From contig CAJINV010000005.1 of assembly GCA_905178155.1 (NCBI GenBank), positions 2,730,054-2,794,053 of the forward strand: DNA of 64,000 nt, given 5' to 3'. Of this stretch, positions 13,001-25,300 are shown piece by piece. A program made the position numbers and the translations under genes. Under the pieces are notes generated by a model. That model was not told the origin of the DNA, did not search any database, and was given only the letters and a program-made list of their open reading frames with translations. Origin of the DNA: Amoebophrya sp. A120 (lineage: Eukaryota; Protista; Dinoflagellata). Within the stretch, counting starts at the first letter, position 1, and every line of letters starts with the position of its first letter.

Positions 13001-14918
13001 GGGCTACTTCAAGGAAAACCTAGCGACGTACCCCAGGCCGCCGAAGTACTTTATGACGCCCGTGTCCGTGTCGCGGTCCCGCGCCCCGCAATTTGACCAG
13101 TACGTCGTCAGACTGGCCGCTGCGGAACGGAATCTTCAGCACCTGTCCGTGTTTCTCTTCGAGCAGAACCTCCTCCGGTCGGAACCGACCGCGTTGCTCC
13201 CCGACTTTTTGCTCGGGTTCGCGTCGGTTGACAGTTCCACCTTGACGCCCCCCGAGGGCGCGAGGAATCCGCTGCATCGGGCCTACCACTTGGATCTCAG
13301 GCTACTGGAGGATCCGACGAGGCCGGCGAGCTTAGCGGTCGACGTGCGGGTGTGGGGGAGGAGTATTTTTGATGCTTCAACAACGTTGGAGGTCTTCTTC
13401 TTAATTATTTCACGAAGATGACGAGGCATCATTTTTGATTCCGCGGCTGCATCTTGTACATACAGTCCGCTACCGCTTCGCACGAAATCGAAAAGACATA
13501 AAACATTAAAACAGATATCCGTCCCGAAGCGCTACACGCGTCGGCCATGCTCGGGAGCGACATTGGCAACTACAACAATCCTTCAACCCGGTACCAATCG
13601 CCGCAAAAGTCGCTCAAATCCGTCTCCATCGCGCCACAGAGTCCGCAGAGCATGATCGCGCGCAGTCCGGATGTCATGATGCCAGCTGCAGGAGCCCAAC
13701 AGCTTCACGGACAACTCCAACCCCGCGCGAACGCGACTTTGGTACACCAGCAGCAGAACCACAACCAGCACGTCCAGCCACTGGACAATCACCACTACGA
13801 GAAAGAGTTCACTTTGAACCAAGACCTGAGCATCCAGCTGATGCGGGAGTTTAACCTCCGTGCCCAGGCGCTGAAGTCCGCGGGTGAGGAGATTGTGGAA
13901 TTGAGAAAGACCGTGCAGATTTTGCAGAACGAGAATGCGAAATTGAACACGCAGCTGGAGGAAGAACTGCAATTTAACGAGGAAGTAAAACTGAACCAAC
14001 CGCTGAACACCGAGCTTCTCGACTCGCTCTCCACCGCGGAATTAGCGCAGAAACTCCAGACCACCGTCGCAAAATATCGCGATGAGAAGCAAAAGGTCCA
14101 GGACCTGAAGCTGCGCATGGAGTCGGGGATGCGGGAAATCGTAAAGAACCGGGGGCTGGAGCGGAAGCTAGAGGAGCTGGAGAAGGCGCACTTGGAGCAG
14201 GCGACGCTGCTGCAGAAATACCAGAAGGACAACAAAAAGATCGGGTTGTACAAAGAAACGGTGAAAAGCCAGGAGAAGGTAATCGCGAAATTGGAGAAAG
14301 TTTTGGAAACGTCGTTGGAAGACCTGCACAAGGCGCAGCAGAATCAAATCGACTTGGAGAAGGCCCGGCACGAAAACGCGCAACTGAAGCTCGAATACCA
14401 AAACGTGCAAAAGAAAAACGCGAGCTCGGCCAGTTCACACCAGGAACTGGCGGAAATGAAGAAGCAGCTGCACGGTATGATACAGAGGAAGGAGATGTCT
14501 TTTTCTTCTTTAGAAAATAATGAATGAGCCTGACATGATCAATCCAATACCAATCATGGAAATTTCCAAGAAGAGTAGAACGAAATCAAAGTCTTCATTT
14601 CACACAAAAACATCAGATAAGCAACTCGAGTATGACAAATTGCGAGAAATTTGCGAGCAATTGGAGCGCGAGCAGCAGAGTGGGAGGTTCCGGCGGAACA
14701 ACGAGGACGAAAAACAGATGCTTCAGTACAAAATCAACCAGCTGGAAGCAAGGATACACGCGTCGGAGCAAGTCATACGGGACAATGGGAAAAAGACCTC
14801 GAAGGAACTGGCGACACTGAAATTGGAAATCGCGAAAAAGGACGCAAAGATAAAGGAATTAAATTCCAACTCGTCAGCCAGTGCGGGGGGAGCGGTCGGG
14901 GGAAGGGGCATGCGGTGA
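10034..14918 (+). CDS. CCDC33-like C2-domain and coiled-coil protein, multi-exon
   Basis: N-terminal coiled coil; C2-like segment (KTETSASTQYPEFENSSFLLP); C-terminal coils (ALKSAGEEIVELRKTVQILQNEN, LYKETVKSQEKVIAKLE) resemble CCDC33 from memory. Several GT-AG introns plus one introner. Confidence 0.6.
12151..12405 (+). mobile_element. Introner family A copy (forward), 255 bp
   Basis: TIR TATCAAATGTAAAAATGTCTGGGTCTGGA; TSD GCCAA; removal gives CAP|SGSSTSNLSSVVMM in frame. Confidence 0.93.
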
Positions 14919-15693
14919 GAATGCGGTCGTGGGCTGCGCCGTTATGTGTTGGCGGGACACACAAAATTAGTGATCTTCATCGCTGGTACGTTGATTACGT
15001 TGCAAGTGCAAACAAACCAAAAATTTATTTAGAAACTAATTCTGTGCGACACGACGACTGTCGTGACAGTCACAGTGACTTTGTTTTACATTTCCTCGAC
15101 AAATTCGTATGCGAAGCGGAGAATAGTGACATGTGATCATGTATGTTATGGTCACACGCGAGTGGCTAAGGACTGTCGCTGATATGCGACGGATCAGGCT
15201 GACAAGAAAAAGCAGATGGCCGTAAAGACCGCGAAAGTCAATGTGGCGGATTTCCCCCGCATATATGATGTGATGTGCTGCATCATGATGTTCATGTATT
15301 CCAATTACTCAGTTTGATTTTGTGCGGTTCCTGTGAGGATCCGCTTTCGAGGTGCAGAAGGCAGAGAACAATGATCATACTTAACCTCATCGGGAAGTCA
15401 TTTACATTTTGAAAAAATTCATATTGCCTTTGCTTCCACGATCACTTCTGTTCCTTTTTCTTTTTGGTCCACGGGACTGTTTTAACTTCTGATTTTTTTG
15501 CTCTTTTACTTTTTGTAAGTACGGTACCTGACTCACTCTTTGTGTTATTTTTGTCGCTCGTTATTCATTCTTATTTCACATCCGATTAAAAAAGATCGTA
15601 TGCCTGCTATTCATTTAGATCTAGTGAAAAAAGTTCAGTTATTTTCGTCTGTATTTTCAGCCCACCTACCCCAACCGTTATTCTCCGCGAGAG

Positions 15694-18511
15694 ATGTTCG
15701 CAAACCTGTTCGACCAACAGCTTCCCGAGTTTCTCTACGACGCGCCGCCGCTCCCAGTTTTCGTTGCCTGTGTCGTGTTGCTGATCACGGTACTACCAAC
15801 ACTGTGGCGAACTTTATTCTCTGGAGGCGATGGCACCCTCGACAATCAGGACCATGACAGGAGCTCGTCGTCCAATGCAAACGCAGAAAACAAGCAGAAT
15901 GGAAGACCACCAGCGGACTCATCATCATCTGTGGCTCCCACTCGAAAAACCACAGCTCCTGCAAAGAAATTCCGCGACGAGCGTGCCATCGTTGTCGTCA
16001 TCGGTGACGTTGGACGGTCTCCGCGAACCATGACACACGCAGTGGAGTTTGCGAGAAATAACGTCTACGTCTCGCTGATCGGCTACTACCCAAAAGGAAC
16101 GAAGAACAACGCTTTGCCGCAGGAACTCACGGATTTGGAAGACAAAATCGATTTTGTGCAGCTGCCGGCTTTTGTCTGTCCATTCCCGAAACTTCCCTAC
16201 ATTTTCTACCTCCTCTGGCGCGTGTTCCACGACCTGTGGCACTTCTGGTTCGCGCTGGGGAGCGTGTCCTTCACGACGTACTTCCGGAGAGCGCAGAAGA
16301 TCAGCTGGATTCTAATCCAAAATCCGCCCATGGTCCCGCAGTTGTTCGCTTGTAAATTGGTACAGATGTTTTTGAAGGTGATGACCCTTGCCTGTCTGAA
16401 GCGAAAGCAGAGCCGAACAAGGCGCTTTCCAACCATCGCAGTGGATTTCCACAATTTCGGCTTCACGATTCTGTCACTGAAACTCGGGGAGCGATCTCCG
16501 ATCACGAAAGTGTTGAAGTTCGCGGAGAAATTGCTAGCGAGGACCTGCGTCGACGTTGGCTTTACAGTAACACACGCGATGAAGGAGGAGCTGGTGAAGA
16601 ACTGGAATTTGAAAACCATCCCAATCGGCGTTTTACACGACCGGGCACGGCCGCCCACCGAGGTTTTGCGGGATGTTGTGCTGTTTTGGGACTCGTTGGC
16701 GGACCGCGGATTTTTGAAGGAATTACACTCGTGTATCAAGTGTAAAAGTGTCTGGGTCTGGAAGATTCTAAACTTGTGATGCTGTCTCAGGATTCGAAAA
16801 AATTTTGTATTGCGTGACCAGTAAGAGGAGTAGATTTTGTGCTCCGCGGAGATGGCATTTTTCATGCCGAATAGGCATTAGGAAGTGCTCTAAAAATCAG
16901 TGATGCTAGGCCATGCATGACAGGCATTATGGATCATGCAAAATATGCATGACAAATCTTGCAATCTCCCAGACCCAGACATTTTTACACTTGATATCGT
17001 GGAACAAAGAAAAGCTGAGGCAGTTCTTCGAGGAAACAGCGGACGAACAGGGAAAACTGCAGGGTTCGACGCCGATGAGCTCGCCAGGTAGTAGTTGCGA
17101 CCAGCGCGAGGACAATTCCGTCGGGGGAAGCCCCTGTCCGAGCAGTTCTGCTGAGGACGAAAATTTTCCGAAGAAGGGAGAGGCGGAGATCTCATCTCGC
17201 AGCAAAGCGACTCCGTCGTCGTTTTCAAAAAAGCAGTTTAATCTCTTCTTTAAATCACCACCTACAAGCGCAAGTCACAACTCCTCCTCTCCGTCTGACA
17301 TCAGTGCAGAAAATTGCATCACCCTCGGAGATACAACTCCACATTCCGCCATTCCAAAACCGCTGCAGATGCGGTTGACAAACCGAGACTGGGACCCGAT
17401 CTTGACGTCGCACTACGCCAAAGCGCGTAGGGAGTGCTGCAACGGCAAGAATGGTGGATCTTCGATATCTTCGACTTCTAGAAGCAGTGCTCCTTCATCA
17501 CCGCCGAAAAAAGTCCTTCATCTACGAGTTGGGTCGGTGGAGGAGCAGCGCAACCCTCCAGTACCAACGTCCGTCGGAATGTTCGGTGTCTCCTCACCCA
17601 TTATTTCCCCTTCACATTCTTCCGCCGCAACTTTTCTGGAAAACGACCCAGACACCGTGAAGGTCGTAAGCTCGACCAGCTGGACGGTGGATGAGGACTT
17701 CACGGACCTGTTTCACAGTCTCCCTGAGATCGCGAAACGGATGAAACCGAAGAAAAAGCTTGTGGTTTTCATCACGGGGCAGGGGGAACTCCGGGGGTTT
17801 TGGCAGAAACATTGGCAGGAGAAAAGGGAGATGGAGATTGGAAAGGACGACGCTACCGGAGTGGTTGTGAAGCTCAAAGACCGCATCCGCGTGCTGTTCC
17901 TTTTCCTCCCCTGGGCCGATTACCCGCAACTACTGCAAGCCTGCGACTACGGGCTCTGCATGCACCAGAGCTCCAGCGGGCTGGACTTACCGATGAAGGT
18001 ATCATTCTTTTTTTTCCGTTTTTGCACAAAGAAGAGCTCCGGGCCGGATTCTTTTCCGGGTGGAATTTGTTCCTCAGTACCAGCAGCCGTCTACTTCTTG
18101 CGAAAACACATACAGGTCGTCGACATGTTTGGTTTCGCGGAACTGCCCGTGGTGGCAAAAAACTTCCAAGCGCTGCCGGAACTCGTTGTGGATATTCCCT
18201 GAAAATTAACCATCCCCATCCAATTTGTCATGCAGAACATGGAGGAAAGTCTGTGTGTGTCATGCAAAAAGTGGATGGGGATCCTTAATTTTGATTTTCA
18301 GGGGATAGTGGACCATGTGAACGGATTTACCTTCACGACCAGCGACGAACTGCGCGACCATTTGGTCTACTTGACGAACAACCACGCAGACGAGCAGTTT
18401 GCAAAACTCGGGAGAATGCGGGTTGCGATCCACGAGTCTTTCCACTCCCCGGAGACAACATGGCCGGCGGTCTGGAAACGGGAGGTGCTTGCGCGGTACT
18501 ACAGCGGGTAG
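15694..18511 (+). CDS. ALG1: Chitobiosyldiphosphodolichol beta-mannosyltransferase; exons 15694-16733, 17002-17998, 18116-18192, 18313-18511
   Basis: Motifs VVVIGDVGRSPRT, LIQNPP, DFHNFGFT, VSSTSWTVDEDF, HQSSSGLDLPMKVVDMFG, ELVVDHVNGFTF. Continuity needs two introners and one GT-AG intron removed. Confidence 0.93.
16734..16996 (+). mobile_element. Introner family A copy (forward), 263 bp, in ALG1
   Basis: TIR TATCAAGTGTAAAA(G/A)TGTCTGGGTCTGG; TSD TCGTG; removal gives ELHSWNKEK. Confidence 0.93.
18193..18307. mobile_element. Short introner, 115 bp, in ALG1
   Basis: TIR TAT(T/C)CCCTGAAAAT; TSD GTGGA; removal restores the conserved ELVVDHVNGFTF. Confidence 0.9.
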
Positions 18512-18977
18512 ATGAAATAATGAGAACGCTGTTGACGAAATTTCGTGAAGATGGTAGTCGATCATTTTGATACAGGCTTTCTTAAGTTTAAGTAACCGTA
18601 AGCCTTCCTCACACATAGAGACGAAAAAAACTCCTCACGCAGCACATTTTTGCACGTGCTGGTGCTGGTGCGTTTTCATTTATCATTTTCCCTTGCAGCT
18701 GCGCAATTGCATGCAAGTGCAGAATCTCGATATAATCAAACAAATGAATGCTCCGCATGTTTTGCTTCGAGTACAGCTGCTCATGCTTTGGTTTTCCCGT
18801 CTTTGACGTTGACGATGGAGCAGCATTTCTCTATGTCCAGTTCGAAATTGCCTTGTCGTTGTCGTTGTGACTTTGTTTCGTTTTTTTCGTGAAGATACAA
18901 CCGTATTTATCATTACATGTAAAACACCACTCCTTGAGCACAAAAAAAGTCTACTTTCGCCTCAATTGCTCCTAATC

Positions 18978-21746
18978 ATGCGTCGCCCTCGTGCCCGAAA
19001 AAAGGGGCGCATAGATCAACTACCGTGGCTGTCGATCATTGCAGGAGCAGCCGCACTGCAACTTCTTCACGCCCTTCCCAGTGCGGGGGCGATTCAAGTC
19101 AAGAAAACAGCAGCCAGCAAAAATGGTAATGGAGCAACAGCGGCGCACCAGTTGAAGAAGCATAAGATCTTCACGAGAGCAACCGCCAACGAGAGCCCCC
19201 ACGCTGCCCCAAACACACCCGTGCACGACAACCCCTACCCGGCCGTCCACGACCGGAATGAAGCGGACTTTGTCGAGGACACTGACATATCAAATGTAAA
19301 AATGTCTGGGTCTGGAAGGTTCTGACACTTGTCATGCACGTTTTGCATGAGCCCTGATGTCTGTGATGCATGCCCTAGCATCACAGATTTTTTGAGAGCT
19401 TCTTGATGCCTATTTCGCATGACAAATGCCCTCTCCACGTAGCAAAAATTACATTCCTTGTGGTACTCATGCAATACAGATTTTTCTGGAATCCAAATGC
19501 AGCATCACTAGTTGCATTCTTCCAGACCCAGACATTTTTACATTTGATACGACAAGGACGACGGCAGCTGGCAGGCCAACAACCGGTACGACACGCTGCG
19601 GCACAGCATCGCTATCAAATGTAAAAATGTCTGGGTCTGGAAGAATGCAACTTGTCATGCTGATTTTGGATTCTAAAAAAATCTGTATTGCATGGGCAGC
19701 AATAGGAGCCCAGTTTGTGCTACGCGGGGAGGGCATTTGTCATGCGGGATAGGCATCAGGAAGGCCTCTAAAAATATGTGATGCCAGATCATGCATTACA
19801 GACATCCTGAGTCATGTAAAATATGCATGACAAACCGGGGACGTTCTTATGCAGTCAGCTGGATGACTGTGACCTGGCTCGTACTGTGAACGCAGCTGGA
19901 TGACTGTGACCTGGCTCGTCTTCGATGGGCAGGCGGATGACTGTGACCTGTCTCGCCCATCAAGATCCCTAATCCGTAGCTCCTAGACGTTGCCTGGCCC
20001 GCGAGTGACCTGGTTATAAAGGGCTTCGTCGATCGATTGCGCCACTAGGGCCTTGTGTTCTGGCTACTCCGGATCGCAATCGATGGAGGGCGGGACCTGC
20101 ACCGGCGACAGGCGCTATCCAACCAACCAACCAACCAAACCTGGTAACCTTCCAGACCCAGACATTTTTACATCTGATAATCGCGCACGCCAAGGAACTC
20201 GCGGCCAAAGCCAAGGAAGATCTTCCGGGCTACACGCTCAGGTACGAAGAGTCGCAAAAGCATTTCGGGTCGTTTTCGGAGCGGAAAAAGAGTCTCGACG
20301 AGGAGGTGAAAGCGATCAAGGAGCTGGAAGACGCGGAGTTCGAAAAGCTCGTCGAGATCAAGAAGCAGAGCTACGAAGAGGAAATTCTGGTGAAGAAAAA
20401 GAAAAAGCTGCTCGAGCAGATGATCGAAAACCAGCGGAAGAGGGAGGCGGATTTTTTGAAACAGAAACAAGAGCTGGAACAAAAGTTGCAACAGGAAGAG
20501 AAGGACTTGCAAGCCCAAGTGGACAAAAGCTCGAAGGAATTGCAGCAGGCGGAGGACTATCAAATGCAAATATGTCTGGGTCTGGAAGGTTGCAACTTGT
20601 GACGCTGTCTCTGAATTCGAAAAAAATTCTGTATTGCATGACCAGCAACAGGGGTCCAGTCTGTGCTTCTACGCGGAGAGGCCATTTCTCATGCGGGAGA
20701 GGCATCAGGAAGCCCTCTAACAATCTGTGATGCTAGGTGATGCATTACAAGCATCATGGGACATACAAAATATGCATGACAAATGTGGCTTTCTTCCAGA
20801 CCCAGACATTTTTACATTTGATAAGGAGAATTTCGAGGAGGTTGAGAGAATGATCAAATCCTCGGACGAATACGACAAAACTTCGAAAAGCGTCGACGTG
20901 CTAGCGGCGAAACGGAAGGAGTTGGTGAAAAGGCAGGAAGATTTTGAACGGGAGTACAAACAAGTCGTCGAAAATCACGAAGCGGCGGAAAAAGATTACA
21001 AGTTCGCCAAGCAGAACGTCTTGGATACGAAAGAAACGGAAGAGGCGCTAAACGTACTTCTGTTCTGATGATGTTTTTTGTATTGTGATGCGTACTTACC
21101 CTTACGCTACTGGAACTACTTACACCAGCTACATATTTTTACATTGCCATCATGATGCTGATGGATCTTCGCAATACAAATCTTATCAGGCCGACCTGGA
21201 CGACGCCGCAGCCAAACTCTCCGAATACTCGACCAGCGATACCAACCCCTGGTCAGGTATGGAAGTGTCAGAATCGAAATTGGCAAAATCGAAAAACTTG
21301 TGATGCACAAAATCGATGTCAGTTGGAGCCTCAGTTTTTCAGTGGCGCATAACAAATTTCGGAAGCACCCAAACCCCGTCTGTCATGCTGTTTGGACAAA
21401 GAAGACTCCTCCTGTCATGCTGCTCTGGCAGCACATTGTATACTCCAAAACAGGCTTACAATCGGTCTCATTTGCCTGCCCCCCAATACAGGCCTTCGGT
21501 GTCGGTGTCCTACATTTTATGCATCACAAATTTTTGTTCGATTTTGTCGATTTCGCTTCTGACACTTCCATATCAGGCTTGATGGGCGGGGACGTGCAAG
21601 AGCCCGAAAAGGAGCCGAAAAACAGCTCTGGTCGCTTGTTTCACTTGAACCCAGCGGTGCTGATCTTGCTGTTGGCAGGTTTGATCGCGCTCAGCATGGT
21701 GTATGTGTCGGGTGCCAGCGTCTCAGTGCTGGTTTGGGGAAAGTAA
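18978..21746 (+). CDS. Hypothetical coiled-coil protein with N-terminal signal-like segment and C-terminal TM helix
   Basis: N-terminal WLSIIAGAAALQLLHALPSAGA, E/K-rich coil, C-terminal AVLILLLAGLIALSMVYV. One frame results after removing four introners and one GT-AG intron (~21054-21189). Confidence 0.75.
19288..19549 (-). mobile_element. Introner family A copy (reverse), 262 bp
   Basis: Family A TIRs; interior is the reverse complement of the 12151 copy; TSD TGACA/CGACA; removal gives DTDKDDGSW. Confidence 0.92.
19613..20179 (+). mobile_element. Introner family A copy (forward), 567 bp, carrying a nested insertion
   Basis: Family A TIRs; TSD ATCGC; removal gives RHSIAHAKEL; 305 bp longer than the 262-bp sister copies. 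Confidence 0.92.
19837..20135 (+). mobile_element. SINE-like non-autonomous retroposon with (CCAA)4 tail nested in an introner
   Basis: TSD CAAACC (19831-19836, 20136-20141); empty site CAAACCTGG is present in the 33588 copy; three GGATGACTGTGACCTG repeats; microsatellite 3' tail. Confidence 0.75.
20558..20823 (+). mobile_element. Introner family A copy (forward), 266 bp
   Basis: Family A TIRs; TSD AGGAC/AGGAG; removal gives QAE(D/E)NFEEV. Confidence 0.92.
21258..21572. mobile_element. Introner, 315 bp, whose TSD creates GT-AG boundaries
   Basis: TIR TATGGAAGTGTCAGAA(T/G)CGAAAT; TSD TCAGG; removal gives PWSGLMGG. Confidence 0.9.
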
Positions 21747-22388
21747 GGATCTGCCTGAAGTAGATCATTGGATTTTCATCTAAGAAGATGTCGAGGACAA
21801 AAAATCGAGTTTCGTTTTTTCCAAATCGATCTTCATTTCGTTTCTTCATCTTTTCCATTTTTGAGCCCGGGAGAGCATATTTAGAGGTCCTGGCTGCTTC
21901 AGAAAAAACAAATTGATCTGCAGTATTTCAGCTGGAACACGTTCATGAGGCTCTGTTCAAAGGTCCTAGGCGTTTGTCGTAGTGTTGTTCCGTAGTTTTC
22001 GCTGTCGTCTCCTCAGTTTTCTTTTCTTTTGTAGGGCATGTAACTGCGGTAACGCGAAGGTTGGCGATCTCCAAAGGCTCTCTGTGTCTGTGATCTTACT
22101 TTCGAATCTAAACAGAATTTGAAACCTGGAATTGCGACGAAAAACAAAGCTTGCAAATTTTTTGACTTCGACAGTGGCCGGTACATAAGAGCCCCGGGCG
22201 AGCCGCCCGGGCGCCTCCTTGTGAAGACCAGGAGCAAGCACGCACAAGATATTGATTCTTTTACGCAAGCGACGTCACGCTCACGTCAACTGCATTTTAC
22301 ATTCGCCTTCATCATTTACATTTGATTTGCATCATACGTTGTTGAGCGCTAAAACCTCCACCTCCCCCCTTGCTCTTCTACTACCCCG

Positions 22389-25300
22389 ATGTCTCTCTCC
22401 GCCCTGTATTGCGTGGTCTTTGACAACGCGCGTGGGCCTGTCGTGCGGGGCGGCTCGGAAACGAGTTTGCTGGTGAAGGGTGGCCACCCGCTAAACGATG
22501 CACAGGTCATCCTGGCCAAGCATGGCGAGCACGAAAAGGGATGGAAGCCGCCAGACGCGAAGAAGCAGGCTGTGGAGAGTAACAAATCCGTCGTGCGGGA
22601 AACAATTACAAGGCAAGCCGCCGCCGGCTCGGGTGGATCATCATCATCAGCATCATCGCGAGGAAATAAAGACGCGGCATCCACAGCAGTAGTAGGCCAG
22701 CCCTTGGCGGGAGACGAGGATTGCCACGCCGCCGTATCTGATGCAGCCGAACCTGCACAACCCGCGCAATCTCCGGTTGCCCCGCCCGAGACCGACAACA
22801 GCACAGCAGAGCGGAGATCTCCAACTAACGACGAGGACGAAACCTTTGACATGCAGCCCGAGCCCTCGTATTTTTGTCCCGACCAAAAGCTTATCAAATG
22901 TAAAAATGTCTGGGTCTGGAAGAATGCAAGATTTGTCATGCATATTTCTCATGACCCATGATGCCTGTAATGCATGCCCTAGCATCACAGGTTTTTTGAG
23001 GGATTCTTGATGCCCATTCCGCATGACAAATGCCCTCTCCGCGTAGCAAAAATTAGACTCTGTTTGCTGCTCATGCAACACAAATTTTTTAGTCATCGAA
23101 ACGCAGCATCACAAGTTGCATTCTTCCAGACCCAGACATTTTTACATTTGATAAAGCTCTGCGGCCAGAGCATCCACATCGTGGACGACGCGAAGAACAC
23201 GGAATGGTGCGGCGTACCCTTATACCTCGAGTCGGAAGCCTACGACCGGTCCTGCTTCCGCTTCTGCATCGTGGCGCAGGCGAAATTTGACGACAAGTGC
23301 TACGGCCTGGCCAGCATCCAGTCCGAACACGAGAAGCTGGAGTTGCTGGATTACTTCGAGCGGAGGTTTGCATTGTTGGCGGTGAACCTTGCGCGGCAGT
23401 TTGAGGCGCTGGAAACGGAGCTGCAGTTCGTCTCCACGTGCACCGAGGGCCAGATGTCCCTGGTGTTGCACGAGTGCGCGCGACAATTGAGGTCGGGCCA
23501 GGACTGTTTGACCCCGGTGTGGTGGCCGGTCTGGGTGGACAGGTGGATCCGAAGCGAGAACGAAAAGAAGATCGGGGGGAAGGTTAAAGAGGTGCTGAAA
23601 AAGGAGGAAAGGAGAAAGCGGGATAAGCATGTGGAGTATGTGCGAAAACAGGAGGCAATCAGGCTTGGAAGTAAACATAGAACGGGTACTAAGACCTCCA
23701 AGATGCCGAGAGGGCAACAGGCCAGCACCAATATGAGCACTGCAGGTGAGGGAGATGGCACCACCACGAGTGCCGCTGCAGCTGCCTCCGCCACTGCAGC
23801 TTCTAAAGGCTCCACACTTCTACCGCCAGGAAGCGCCACCGCTGCTTTTCCTGTTGACGAATACCCGCCAATGCAAAAAGCCATTTCTTTCGGTCTCCCG
23901 CCCGTCGGAAGCACCAGTGGCGACGAGCTAATACCAGCAGCAAGCTCCATGTCCTCCTCGTTGTCTAGTCAGCAGCAGCACCCAAAAAGCGCTGACGTTG
24001 ACGGCGTTGCTACTAGAAACCTCGACGCCGCAACGGACTACAACCTGCCTCCGCAGGAGGCATTCTACCCCGTCCCAGAAGTATCGCAATCGGAGCTCGC
24101 CCGACAGCGCGCTTTGGTGGACAAGTTGGAGAAGTGGGTGCTGTACCAGATGGCCAAGATGCACAGCCGGCCGCTGGAAGGCATGTTTCACGAAAAGCAC
24201 GTGCAGAGGTTTTTCATCGAGAGGGAAATCTCCGTACCGAAGTTCCGGATCCTGGATACTTGGCGCCCGCACTACGAGGCGTTCGGGCGGTTTCGATTTG
24301 ACCGACGACCACCGCCCAGCTGGACATGGACGGCGATCCTGTCTCCGGTAGAATGATGACAAGATTGAGCTATTTTGATGTGCTTTATGTTCAATCGTGC
24401 AGACAGCAGAGAAAGTGAAAGTGCAAGAAGAAAACCAAAACCGGCACTGTATGTATTAATTTGTAGATGATCAGTACGAAGTCATCAAAAAATAGTATAG
24501 AGCATCCAAAGATTTATCACGACTCGACACAACTACAGGAAAACGCCTCCGTCCCGAACCTCCCCACTCAAGCCACAGGTCAGATCGATCAGCACCAAAT
24601 GCAACTGCTCACCGCGAAGCGAGACGTGCCGCAGCACAGCCAGTACCTCGACAGGTACAGCACCCATACTACCAGCACGCCCCCGAGCGCCATGGCGGTA
24701 GCGGTGGAATCGGCACGGAGTGCAAGGGAGAACGAGCAATATAGCAACGTCGGGAAGGGTAAAGATCACAGCACAACACCTACGCATGCAAATGCCACCC
24801 CCGGAAATGAAGCCAATGCTTCTTCTAATGTCGGAAGAACTGCTGGCGCCAGCGCACCTTCTTCGCAAAAACCACCACTCGGCACCACCACCGCAGCAGC
24901 CGCATCTCCAACCGTGATAGACTCGTCAACCAAGCCCCCGCACCAGTACGATAAACCGGTTTACGCGATGACGGGGTCCACTCTCCCGATCCTCGACGCG
25001 TCTCGAGTCCCCGTGATGCTGCTGAGCCCGGAACGGCTGAATCGGAAATTCACAAGGTATGACGATGACCCGCTTTTCGCGGACGAACCGCAATTGGATC
25101 TGACTCTTTTCGAAGTCGTCCCCTTTATCAACGGTTTGCACAACATCTCCCAGATTGCGAAGCTTTCCGGCTGCGACTTGGAAAACGTCGACTTGGTCAT
25201 CCGACACTTGGTGAAAAGCCGCTGGGTGTTCATGATTGACCCGATTCACGAATTTGCGCTGTACCGGTTGAAGCCCGAATTTTACGACTTCTTCCACCGG

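Noticed and set aside
13361-13514. Possible GA-donor or non-canonical intron in the CCDC33-like gene
   Set aside because: A phase-1 GT donor at 13363 with AG at 13514 joins the frames canonically.
19837-20135. Hammerhead ribozyme or retrozyme in the nested insert
   Set aside because: No CTGANGA...GAAA core found by eye on either strand.
19288-20823. Recurrent ~30-bp repeat as a CRISPR array
   Set aside because: The repeats are inverted pairs bounding homologous ~260-bp interiors with TSDs; there are no unique spacers or cas genes, and the context is eukaryotic.
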